Origin: Candidatus Poribacteria bacterium
GTDB lineage: Bacteria; Poribacteria; WGA-4E; PCPOR2b
Assembly (NCBI GenBank): GCA_965198175.1
Contig: OZ240245.1
Location: 2,432,001 to 2,496,000 of the forward strand
DNA: 64,000 nucleotides
Reading direction: 5' to 3'
Part shown: positions 9,328 through 17,495 of the stretch, piece after piece
How the letters are laid out: each line of letters opens with the position of its first letter
Numbering within the stretch: the stretch's first letter is position 1
The notes under the pieces: model-generated
Told to the model about the DNA's origin: nothing
Database searches by the model: none
The model's input: the letters and a program-made list of their open reading frames with translations, nothing else
Made by a program: the position numbers and the translations under genes

Positions 9328-9744
9328 GCTTTACCCCACCCTGCGTTTCATTCAAAAACCCGTAACTTCCTAGTCTGAAATTTTTTGGGCGACCCCCGGT
9401 TCGATTTCTCCTGCCCGAAACTCCTCTCTCCAAAGGGGTGACACATTTGTGTCTTTTGTACACATTTGTTTACATCGCCTGAAACCCTTGTTGTGGTAGG
9501 GGTTCCCGCCATTTTCAATCGTAATGTCCCGAATTTATGTAAACAAATGTGTCTTTGCCTTTCATACCATTCGGTCGCTATTTCCCTGTGCTGAAAAATA
9601 AATCAAACTGCCCGTATCCCTTGACACATCAGGGTTCTCGAGTCCAAACAGAGTCCAAATTGAAGAGATTATTCGTCTTGGCGCATAACTTGCTCATACC
9701 TGTAGACAATACCTCAAGCTGCAGAACGGTCTGCAGTGGTCACA
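9328..9744 (+). repeat. Non-coding direct repeat, copy 1 (second copy at 12908-13324)
   Basis: Offset is exactly 3580 bp; manual alignment gives 3 mismatches in about 417 bp. Confidence 0.95.
9438..9694 (+). promoter_or_regulatory. sigma54 enhancer-promoter cassette, copy 1
   Basis: Boxes ACATTTGT (9443, 9462) and ACAAATGT (9543); -24/-12 element TTGGCGCATAACTTGCT at 9678-9694 (GG-N10-GC). Confidence 0.8.
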
Positions 9745-9824
9745 CAAATATCCTACAAGCAAGGATTGTCGCAGGACATAATCCCGCGGCTATTCTTTGA
9801 CCACTATTAAAAAAGGAGAATATC

Positions 9825-10178
9825 ATGAAATTGAAAGCGTTGGTTATGTTGGGTAGTTTCTTAGTGTTGACAACTCTTATTGTTTGTGTTAGCGTGTATT
9901 CGTATAACGCTTACTGCAGTGCGAGTCTACTAGGGTGTAGCACATCAGCATCAGGGAATGGTTGGGGTCTTTTTAATGGCTATTACACGTTGAGCGCTAG
10001 AGTTGGTAATAACAGCAAGACTAAGACCGGCGGATTCGCCAACGGGCAGAACTTCTCTGATACAGCTTCTGCGAGCGCACCAGATTGCCAGGAAGGTGAC
10101 GGTTCTGCATCAGCTTCTGTCACTGGAACGGATGCCCAGGGTAACATCCATCATAAGAATGATGCCGCAGGTTTTTAG
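9825..10178 (+). CDS. Small secreted Cys/Ser/Gly-rich hypothetical protein, paralog 1 (117 aa)
   Basis: AAGGAG RBS; Sec signal peptide (MKLK + hydrophobic stretch + VYS); 94/117 identical to the paralog at 13403. Confidence 0.85.
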   Translation: MKLKALVMLGSFLVLTTLIVCVSVYSYNAYCSASLLGCSTSASGNGWGLFNGYYTLSARVGNNSKTKTGGFANGQNFSDTASASAPDCQEGDGSASASVTGTDAQGNIHHKNDAAGF

Positions 10179-10345
10179 CCATAGAATTAATCTAGGCAAT
10201 AATTAGCGTTGATGACGTAACGTTTCTTCCATTTCCATCAGCTCGTCCGGCGATTGATTGCCGCGTTGCTGCCGTTGATTGCTTTCGGCTTGAGGCACTT
10301 CGGGAGTGTCATCTGGCGCTCACACGAAGGGTAAACCTTCATCTC

Positions 10346-10385
10346 GGGTTGGGTGTGCAAATTTGCACCCAACCCCATTTTTATT
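10346..10385 (+). terminator. Intergenic hairpin (terminator/attenuator-like) between the small gene and the WD40 gene
   Basis: 10-bp stem GGGTTGGGTG/CACCCAACCC followed by a T-rich tract; same stem at 13897-13926. Confidence 0.5.
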
Positions 10386-10429
10386 CAAAGGAGCTATACC
10401 CCATAACTCAAATATGGAGGGTTATTACA

Positions 10430-12628
10430 ATGAAGAAAGCGATGTTGTTCAAGTTTAGCCTATTATTCATTTCCGCTCTATGTCTACCGCACGGCGTCGC
10501 CCAAGATTCTACGCAATGGGGGCTGCCCGAGGGCGCTAAAGCGCGCCTCGGTAAAGGAGTGTTTAATCTGATACAGTATTCGCCCGACGGCACTCGACTT
10601 GCGGTCGGCAGTGGTATCGGCATTTGGCTTTACGATACGGCGACCCATCAAGAGGTCGCCCCGCTCACCGGGCACACGGGTAGGGTCTGGGGCGTTGCGT
10701 TCAGCCCCGATGGTCGTACCATCGCTAGTGGGAGTTTGGACCGTTCCATTAGGCTGTGGGACGCCGATACGGGAGAACACCTGCGCACGCTTACCAGGCA
10801 TATCGGTAAGGTCTATAGCGTTGCGTTCAGTCCCGATGGTCGCACCATCGCCAGTGGGGGTGAGTCCCCTACCATCCGCCTGTGGGACGCCGATACCGGA
10901 GAACACCTGCGTACGTTTACCGGCCATACGGATGACGTTTGGAGCGTTGCGTTCAGTCCCGATGGACGCACCCTCGCGAGTGGAAGTTCGGATGACACCA
11001 TCCGTCTGTGGGATGCCGATACGGGCGAACACCTGCAAACTCTCAAGGGGCATACGAATGCGGTCTGGAGCGTTGCGTTCAGTCCCGATGGTCGTACCAT
11101 CGCTAGTGGGAGTTGGGACAAAACCGTCCGTTGGTGGGACGCTGATACGGGAAGACCCCTGCGAAAGCGCATCGGGCATACGGGTACGGTCTGGAGCGTT
11201 GCGTTCAGTCCCGATGGACGCACCATCGCTAGTGGGGGTACGACCACTATCCGTCTGTGGGACTCAGATACCGGAAAACACCTGCAAACACTCATCGGGC
11301 ATACGAATTATGTTAGGAGCGTTGCGTACAGCCCCAATGGACGCACCATCGCAAGCGGGAGTTGGGACAGTACCATCCGCCTGTGGGACGCAGATACCGG
11401 AAAACACGTGCGAATGCTCGACGGGCATACGTCTAGCGTCAAAAGCGTTGCATTCAGTCCCGATGGCAGCACCATCGCTAGTGGGAGTCGGGGGGACAGT
11501 ACCATCCGTCTATGGGACGCAGATAAGGGAAAACAACTGCGAACGCTCACTGGGTCGGGTTGGGTTTATAGCGTTGCGTTCAGTCCCGATGGTGGCACCA
11601 TCGCCAGCGGGAGTGGGGACCATACCATACGATTGTGGGACACCGATACGGGAAAACACCTGCAAACGTTTACCGGGCATGTGGGTCGGGTCTATAGTGT
11701 TGCGTTCAGTCCCAATGGCAGCAGGCTCGCCAGTGGGGGTTGGGACCATACCATCCGATTATGGGACCTCGATAAGGGAAAACACCGGCGAACGCTTAAC
11801 GGGCATAGGAATCACGTCTGGAGCGTTGCGTACAGTCCCAATGGCGGCACGCTAGCCAGCGGGAGTTGGGACGATACCATCCGTCTGTGGAACGCGGGTG
11901 GTAAACACCTGCGAACTCTCAACGGGCATAGGAATCAGGTCAATAGTGTTGCGTTCAGTCCCGATGGACGCACCATCGCCAGTGGGAGTTGGGACAATAC
12001 AATCCGATTGTGGGACGTCGATACGGGGGAACACCTGCAAACGCTCAACGGGCATGCGTTTGGGGTCTATAGCGTTGCGTTCAGTCCCGATGGACGTACC
12101 ATCGCTAGTGGAGGTCATGACGCTACCATCCGATTGTGGGACGCCCATACGGGAGAACACCTGCGAACGCTCAACGGGCATACGGATTGGGTCTATAGTG
12201 TTGCGTTCAGTCCCGATGGACACACGCTAGCAAGCGGGAGTCGGGACGGCACCGTGCTGCTATGGGAAGTTTCCTCATCGACCGCATTTGGAGTGGAACC
12301 GATGGCAAGATTCACCACGACGCTGGGAAACATCAAACGGACGGCGCTGCTGCAAAATTATCCGAATCCTTTCAACCCCGAAACCTGGATACCGTATCAG
12401 TTGGCAAAAGATGCACTCGTAATCTTGACCGTCTATGACCAGAGCGGTCATATCGTCCGCACCCTCCACATAGGACGCCAGATTTCGGGAGTCTACCGAG
12501 ACAAAGCAAGAGCAGCGTATTGGGACGGTCGTAACCAAATCGGAGAGCCCGTCACAAGCGGCGCCTATTACTATCAACTCCGTACGGGTGATTACACTGC
12601 GTTACGGCGGATGGTGATTGTCAAATAG
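10430..12628 (+). CDS. Secreted WD40-repeat protein (about 14 blades) with C-terminal FlgD-Ig/T9SS type A-like tail
   Basis: GGAGG RBS and ATG at 10430; signal peptide; 13 canonical GH..V.SVAFSPDG.TIASGS.D.TIRLWD repeats plus one divergent; tail LLQNYPNPFNPETWIPY..YWDGRN..SGAYYY..RRMVIVK. Confidence 0.92.
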   Translation: MKKAMLFKFSLLFISALCLPHGVAQDSTQWGLPEGAKARLGKGVFNLIQYSPDGTRLAVGSGIGIWLYDTATHQEVAPLTGHTGRVWGVAFSPDGRTIASGSLDRSIRLWDADTGEHLRTLTRHIGKVYSVAFSPDGRTIASGGESPTIRLWDADTGEHLRTFTGHTDDVWSVAFSPDGRTLASGSSDDTIRLWDADTGEHLQTLKGHTNAVWSVAFSPDGRTIASGSWDKTVRWWDADTGRPLRKRIGHTGTVWSVAFSPDGRTIASGGTTTIRLWDSDTGKHLQTLIGHTNYVRSVAYSPNGRTIASGSWDSTIRLWDADTGKHVRMLDGHTSSVKSVAFSPDGSTIASGSRGDSTIRLWDADKGKQLRTLTGSGWVYSVAFSPDGGTIASGSGDHTIRLWDTDTGKHLQTFTGHVGRVYSVAFSPNGSRLASGGWDHTIRLWDLDKGKHRRTLNGHRNHVWSVAYSPNGGTLASGSWDDTIRLWNAGGKHLRTLNGHRNQVNSVAFSPDGRTIASGSWDNTIRLWDVDTGEHLQTLNGHAFGVYSVAFSPDGRTIASGGHDATIRLWDAHTGEHLRTLNGHTDWVYSVAFSPDGHTLASGSRDGTVLLWEVSSSTAFGVEPMARFTTTLGNIKRTALLQNYPNPFNPETWIPYQLAKDALVILTVYDQSGHIVRTLHIGRQISGVYRDKARAAYWDGRNQIGEPVTSGAYYYQLRTGDYTALRRMVIVK

Positions 12629-12725
12629 CGCCACACAACTGGGGTGAGAAACCGAGTTTATCTAAGAACTGGTTTCTGAAGTTTCTGCGAGCGAGATGAC
12701 TAGATGCGACTGAGAGTATCAGCAC

Positions 12726-12739
12726 GTAGGTTGGGTCGA
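12726..12739 (+). repeat. GTAG-type REP-like arm (copy 2)
   Basis: GTAGGTTGGGTCGA at the start of the second duplicated module. Confidence 0.6.
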
Positions 12740-12907
12740 GATCAACTGAGCGAATAAATCAACCGAACGAACAGTGAGGGCGATAGAGGCCCCTGCGCGA
12801 TACATTTGTAAAGCGAGTCCAACAAATCGCAAATTCCATAGCCTTAATGCTCCCCTCTTTCTTATCATCAACGGATGTTCGGAAGAAGGGTCATAATCGA
12901 GTTGCAT

Positions 12908-13324
12908 GCTTTACCCCACCCTGCGTTTCATTCAAAAACCCGTAACTTCCTAGTCTGAAATTTTTTGAGCGACCCCCGGTTCGATTTCTCCTGCCCGAAA
13001 CTCCTCTCTCCAAAGGGGTGACACATTTGTGTCTTTTGTACACATTTGTTTACATCGCCTGAAACCCTTGTTGTGGTAGGGGTTCCCGCCATTTTCAATC
13101 GTAATGTCCCGAATTTATGTAAACAAATGTGTCTTTGCCTTTCATACCATTCGGTCGCTATTTCCCTGTGCTGAAAAATAAATCAAACTGCCCGTATCCC
13201 TTGACACATCAGGGTTCTCGAGTCCAAACAGAGTCCAAATTGAAGAGATTATTCGTCTTGGCACATAACTTGCTTATACCTGTAGACAATACCTCAAGCT
13301 GCAGAACGGTCTGCAGTGGTCACA
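12908..13324 (+). repeat. Non-coding direct repeat, copy 2
   Basis: Near-identical to 9328-9744. Confidence 0.95.
13018..13274 (+). promoter_or_regulatory. sigma54 enhancer-promoter cassette, copy 2
   Basis: Same boxes as copy 1; TTGGCACATAACTTGCT at 13258-13274 matches the sigma54 consensus TGGCAC-N5-TTGC. Confidence 0.85.
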
Positions 13325-13402
13325 TAAATTTCTCTCAAGCAAGGATTGACACAGGATATAATCCTGCGACTATTCTTAATCACTAATAAAAAGGAGAATA
13401 TC

Positions 13403-13756
13403 ATGAAATTGAAATCGTTGGTTATGTTGAGTGGTTTCGTTGTGTTGACAATACTTATTGTTTGTGTTAGCGTGTATTCGTATAACGCTTACTGCAGTGC
13501 GAGTCTACAAGGGTGTAGTGCATCCGCATCAGGGAATGGTTGGGGCCTTTTTAATGGCTATTACTACTTGCACGCTAAAGTTGGTAGTGATAGCGAGACT
13601 AAGACCGCCGGATTCGCCAATGGGCAGAACTTCTCTGATACAGCATCTGCACACGAAGACGGATGCGGACCAGGTGACGGTTATGCGTCTGCTTCCGTCA
13701 CTGGGACGGATGCCCAGGGTAACATCCATCACAAGAATGACTCTGCCAGTTTTTAG
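13403..13756 (+). CDS. Small secreted Cys/Ser/Gly-rich hypothetical protein, paralog 2 (117 aa)
   Basis: AAGGAG RBS and ATG at 13403; paralog of 9825-10178. Confidence 0.85.
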   Translation: MKLKSLVMLSGFVVLTILIVCVSVYSYNAYCSASLQGCSASASGNGWGLFNGYYYLHAKVGSDSETKTAGFANGQNFSDTASAHEDGCGPGDGYASASVTGTDAQGNIHHKNDSASF

Positions 13757-13896
13757 TCATCGCACTGGTTTAAGCAACAGATGAAGTTGAAGTGATTACG
13801 CTTCTTCGATTTGCATCAATTCGTATTTTGAAATCTGGACGGGTTGTTGCTTTGGGAGCGTTTTCGAGCGTTAGAACTTAGCAAAACCTCCAATTC

Positions 13897-13936
13897 GGGT
13901 TGGGTGTTTCAATTTGCACCCAACCCAAATTTATTT
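13897..13936 (+). terminator. Intergenic hairpin, copy 2
   Basis: Same 10-bp stem as 10346-10375 with a different loop, followed by an AT-rich tract. Confidence 0.5.
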
Positions 13937-13980
13937 CAATGAGGCTATGCCATTTAACTGACATATGGAGAAATCTCTCA

Positions 13981-15423
13981 ATGAAGAAAGCAACGTTTTT
14001 AATACTTAGCTTTATATTCATTTCGGTTATATGCCTACCGCGCAGCTTTGGCCAAGACTCACCGCAACAGGGTCTACCCGAGGGTGCTAAAACGCGCCTC
14101 GGTAAAGGAATTTTTAATCTGATACAGTATTCGCCCGACGGCACTCGCCTCGCGGTCGCCAGTGGTATCGGCACTTGGCTTTACGATGCGGCGACCCATC
14201 AAGAAGTCGCTCTGCTCACCGGGCACACGGGTAGGGTCTGGAGCGTATCGTTCAGTCCCGATGGACGCAAAATAGCTAGCGGGAGTTTGGACCGTACCGT
14301 CCGTCTGTGGGACACCGGTACAGGAGAACACCTGCACACGCTTACCAGGCATGTCGGCAGTGTCTATAGCGTTGCATTCAGTCCCGATGGTCGCACAATC
14401 GCTAGCGCAGGTAGGACCGCTATCCGTCTGTGGAACGCCGATACCGGAAAACACCTGCAAACACTCATCGGACATACGCATGCGGTCTGGAGCGTGGCGT
14501 TCAGTCCGGATGGTCGCACAATCGCCAGTGGGAGTTGGGACAAAACCGTCCGTTGGTGGGACGCTGATACGGGAAGACCCCTGCGAAAGCGCATCGGGCA
14601 TACGGGTACGGTCTGGAGCGTTGCGTTCAGTCCCGATGGTCGCACCATCGCTAGCGGGAGTTGGGACGACACTATCCGTCTGTGGAACGCCGGTGGTAAA
14701 CATCTGCTAACGCTCAACGGGCACAGGAATCAGGTAAACGACATAGCGTTCAGCCCCGATGGACATACGATTGCTAGTGGGAGTTGGGACACTACCATTC
14801 GATTGTGGGACGTTGATACGGGAGAACACCTGCGCACGCTCAACGGGCATGCGTTTGGGGTCTATAGCGTCGCTTTCAGTCCTGATGGACGCACAATAGC
14901 TAGTGGAGGTCATGATGCCACCGTCCGATTATGGGACGCCGACACAGGAGAACACCTGCGCACGCTCAACGGGCATACAGATGAGGTTCGCAGCGTTGCG
15001 TTTAGTCCCGACGGGCGCACACTTGCGAGTGGGAGCTGGGACGGCACGGTGTTGCTTTGGGAAGTTGCTTCTTCAATCCAATTAGCGGTGGAGCCGTTGG
15101 AAAGACGCATCACGACGCTGGGAAACATCAAACGGACAGCGCTGCTGCAAAATTATCCGAACCCGTTCAACCCCGAGACTTGGATACCGTACCATTTGGC
15201 GAACGATGCACTCGTGAGCTTGAACATCTATGACCAGAGCGGTCATATCGTCCGCACCCTCGACATTGGACATCAAAAATCGGGAGTCTACCGAGACAAA
15301 GCCAGCGCAGCGTATTGGGACGGTCGAAATCAAAACGGAGAGTACGTAACAAGCGGCGCCTATTACTATCAACTCCGTGCGGGTGATTACACCGCGTTAC
15401 GACGGATGGTTATTGTCAAGTAG
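13981..15423 (+). CDS. Secreted WD40-repeat protein (about 8 blades) with C-terminal FlgD-Ig/T9SS type A-like tail
   Basis: GGAG RBS and ATG at 13981; paralog of 10430-12628, 252 aa (6 x 42) shorter. Confidence 0.92.
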   Translation: MKKATFLILSFIFISVICLPRSFGQDSPQQGLPEGAKTRLGKGIFNLIQYSPDGTRLAVASGIGTWLYDAATHQEVALLTGHTGRVWSVSFSPDGRKIASGSLDRTVRLWDTGTGEHLHTLTRHVGSVYSVAFSPDGRTIASAGRTAIRLWNADTGKHLQTLIGHTHAVWSVAFSPDGRTIASGSWDKTVRWWDADTGRPLRKRIGHTGTVWSVAFSPDGRTIASGSWDDTIRLWNAGGKHLLTLNGHRNQVNDIAFSPDGHTIASGSWDTTIRLWDVDTGEHLRTLNGHAFGVYSVAFSPDGRTIASGGHDATVRLWDADTGEHLRTLNGHTDEVRSVAFSPDGRTLASGSWDGTVLLWEVASSIQLAVEPLERRITTLGNIKRTALLQNYPNPFNPETWIPYHLANDALVSLNIYDQSGHIVRTLDIGHQKSGVYRDKASAAYWDGRNQNGEYVTSGAYYYQLRAGDYTALRRMVIVK

Positions 15424-15497
15424 GACTACACTGTTAGGGTGATAAACCGATGTTTTTCTAAAAACTAGTTTCTTAAGTTACTACGAGTGAGATGAAC

Positions 15498-15514
15498 CGT
15501 TCAACCCAACCTAC
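15498..15514 (-). repeat. GTAG-type REP-like arm (copy 3)
   Basis: Reverse complement reads GTAGGTTGGGTTGAACG. Confidence 0.65.
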
Positions 15515-15540
15515 ACGACTAGAGAAAGGAGAGAGTATCA

Positions 15541-16917
15541 ATGACCGCATCGAAACGATTTACTTGGAAAACTGGAATTGCTTTGATGGTGTTGACAATC
15601 TGGATCGGCATTGATGGATTCTCAGCGATCGCCGGAGCTCAGGTGCAGCCTCCCCGCCGAAAACGACGAATCATGATTAGCCCAAAAACAGAGTCGAAAG
15701 CGGAGGAAAAAAAGGTTAACGTCGGAAAAAGCCTTGTCAGTATCGCACGCCGTGCTAACCGTCAAAGTAAGGACCAGATAGTTGATTTAGTCTTTGTCAT
15801 CGAACGCGGCGAAAAAATGAAAGCGTCGATTGTCGAGATCGAAAGACATCTCAACAATGTTCTGAGTGTGTTCGAGGCGTCGGGCGTGGACTATCACCTA
15901 GCGCCGATCTGGTTTCAAAATCAGGGCGGTCCAAAATTCGAGGGTAGTCCATTGAGGAACGACATCCGTGCGATTCAAGCGGGTTTTTACGCCCATTTTC
16001 GGCGCGACCATTCCGCCGGATATGGCCTGGAGGCGATAATGTGGGGGGTAAGGGACCTGAACTTCAGATCGGATTCCGGCAAGCATATTATTGTCGTCAC
16101 AAATTCGCAGTTGCGAACCGCATGGGAGGCGCCGAATGCAAAACAGCAGCTTGTGAATCGGATTATTGAGCGGTGCAAGCAGGATGAGATTCACATCAAC
16201 GTTATTGGGGTAAATGAAGCGGCGCAGCTACAACTAGCGGAGGAAACCGGCGGCAAGTGGTACGCCATTGACGAATACCAGGAGTGGCGAACGCCATTCT
16301 CTGTTATGGATAAGAGGATTCTCAAAATCGACGGGATTTTCGAACGCATTGGCGAACACATCGTTGGAACGGTAAAGCCATCTGCGGATATCGTCTTCGT
16401 CTTCGATTCCAGCTGGAGTATGAAAGGCGAAATCGATGAGATTTGTATAGGAGTTGATAGAATGGTGGCTATGCTTGATGACGGAGGACTCGACTATCGA
16501 TTTGGGATCATCCGGTTTTGGGCGCTGGCAGGCGGGGGTGGCAGCACTATTGTGGTGACAAAACCGCCGTTGGATGCAGAGCAGGTCAAGAAGGTGTACC
16601 GGCTGCCCAAGCACGGTGATGAACACCTGCTCGATGCAATTATGGAAGGTGTCCCCAAGCTCCAAACGCCTGAGAATCGGCAGCTTGTCCTTATTATTGT
16701 AACCGATGAATCAACCAGCCGTCGTCGAGAGAAGGGATACACACCCGAAAGGGCGATTGGCGTTTGCCGCCAAGCCGGTGCAATTGTTTACGTTATCGGC
16801 GGTATCGTACATCCGAGGCGTAGGGAGAGGGATGTCTTTCAGCTCCGTGTCGCTGAAGCAACAAAAGGGGAACACTATGCCATGCCTGGTGCTAAGGTTG
16901 CCGACGAACGGTGGTAA
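15541..16917 (+). CDS. Exported protein with two von Willebrand factor A domains
   Basis: N-terminal hydrophobic segment; DLVFVIERGEKM (degenerate MIDAS) and DIVFVFDSSWSM (DxSxS); IIVVTN and LIIVTDE; LAEETGG and VAEATKG. Confidence 0.8.
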   Translation: MTASKRFTWKTGIALMVLTIWIGIDGFSAIAGAQVQPPRRKRRIMISPKTESKAEEKKVNVGKSLVSIARRANRQSKDQIVDLVFVIERGEKMKASIVEIERHLNNVLSVFEASGVDYHLAPIWFQNQGGPKFEGSPLRNDIRAIQAGFYAHFRRDHSAGYGLEAIMWGVRDLNFRSDSGKHIIVVTNSQLRTAWEAPNAKQQLVNRIIERCKQDEIHINVIGVNEAAQLQLAEETGGKWYAIDEYQEWRTPFSVMDKRILKIDGIFERIGEHIVGTVKPSADIVFVFDSSWSMKGEIDEICIGVDRMVAMLDDGGLDYRFGIIRFWALAGGGGSTIVVTKPPLDAEQVKKVYRLPKHGDEHLLDAIMEGVPKLQTPENRQLVLIIVTDESTSRRREKGYTPERAIGVCRQAGAIVYVIGGIVHPRRRERDVFQLRVAEATKGEHYAMPGAKVADERW

Positions 16918-17432
16918 TGTAAAACACCAAGCGTTGATTGGGCTTAACACCTGCAATAAACTCAGAACCGCTTAAGTATGTCGTGCAGCTGCCGATAATC
17001 ATCTCTCGGCATCAATTATGCCGGCGGAGACACAGACCGAGATAGTGAAATTTGAAGACTGGGATTTACTTGACAACATTGAGGTGGAAGAGCTGGAAAG
17101 ACTATTGGAAGCATGAGAAAATACAGACTGCCGTGCGTCCATTGCAAATGCACCAAATAAACCTGCGATCCTCCGAGAGGATGAGCGTTATGAGGACCAG
17201 AGCAATCCAAATGGAATTCAAGATGAATCCTAGGAAAGGCGTGATGAGTTCGAAATCGAAAAACAGGGCGAGCCCAATGGGTAACCACTTACGCCCGAAA
17301 ATTAGACCTCCTAAAGGCAAAGCGATTGCTAAGAAGACATTAATTGAGAACCGGTGTCTAGTAGCCCGCGGTTTGGCGCTAGTGTTTTCTGACCACGAGT
17401 AACAGGCGACTGACCGCTGCTTTCAAGACTGC

Positions 17433-17461
17433 TTGACATTCATGAAGAACCGTGTTATTCT
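17433..17461 (+). promoter_or_regulatory. sigma70-type promoter of the two-component operon
   Basis: TTGACA-17 bp-TATTCT, 35 bp before the kinase ATG. Confidence 0.6.
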
Positions 17462-17495
17462 CTTAAGAATATAGTCGGCAAACAACGGGGGAAAA

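Noticed and set aside
9438..9553. Repeated ACATTTGT boxes as a CRISPR array
   Set aside because: Only three short boxes with mixed orientation and irregular spacing, and no cas genes in the window.
9549..9800. 83-aa ORF, with an 85-aa twin at 13129-13386
   Set aside because: No RBS, it runs through the promoter cassette, and the shared sequence simply reflects the DNA duplication.
9825..10178. RiPP precursor interpretation of the small Cys/Ser protein
   Set aside because: It has a Sec-type signal peptide and no modifying enzymes or peptide exporter nearby.
10484..12230. Long alternative-frame and antisense ORFs over the WD40 gene (for example 10599-11855)
   Set aside because: By-products of a near-perfect 126-nt repeat lacking stops in other frames.
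9825..15423. Diversity-generating retroelement template/variable repeats
   Set aside because: No reverse transcriptase in the window, and differences between copies are not adenine-specific.
17018..17233. Acidic short ORF with an in-frame TGA (possible selenocysteine readthrough or gene remnant)
   Set aside because: No RBS, no recognisable family or SECIS, and no redox-motif context.
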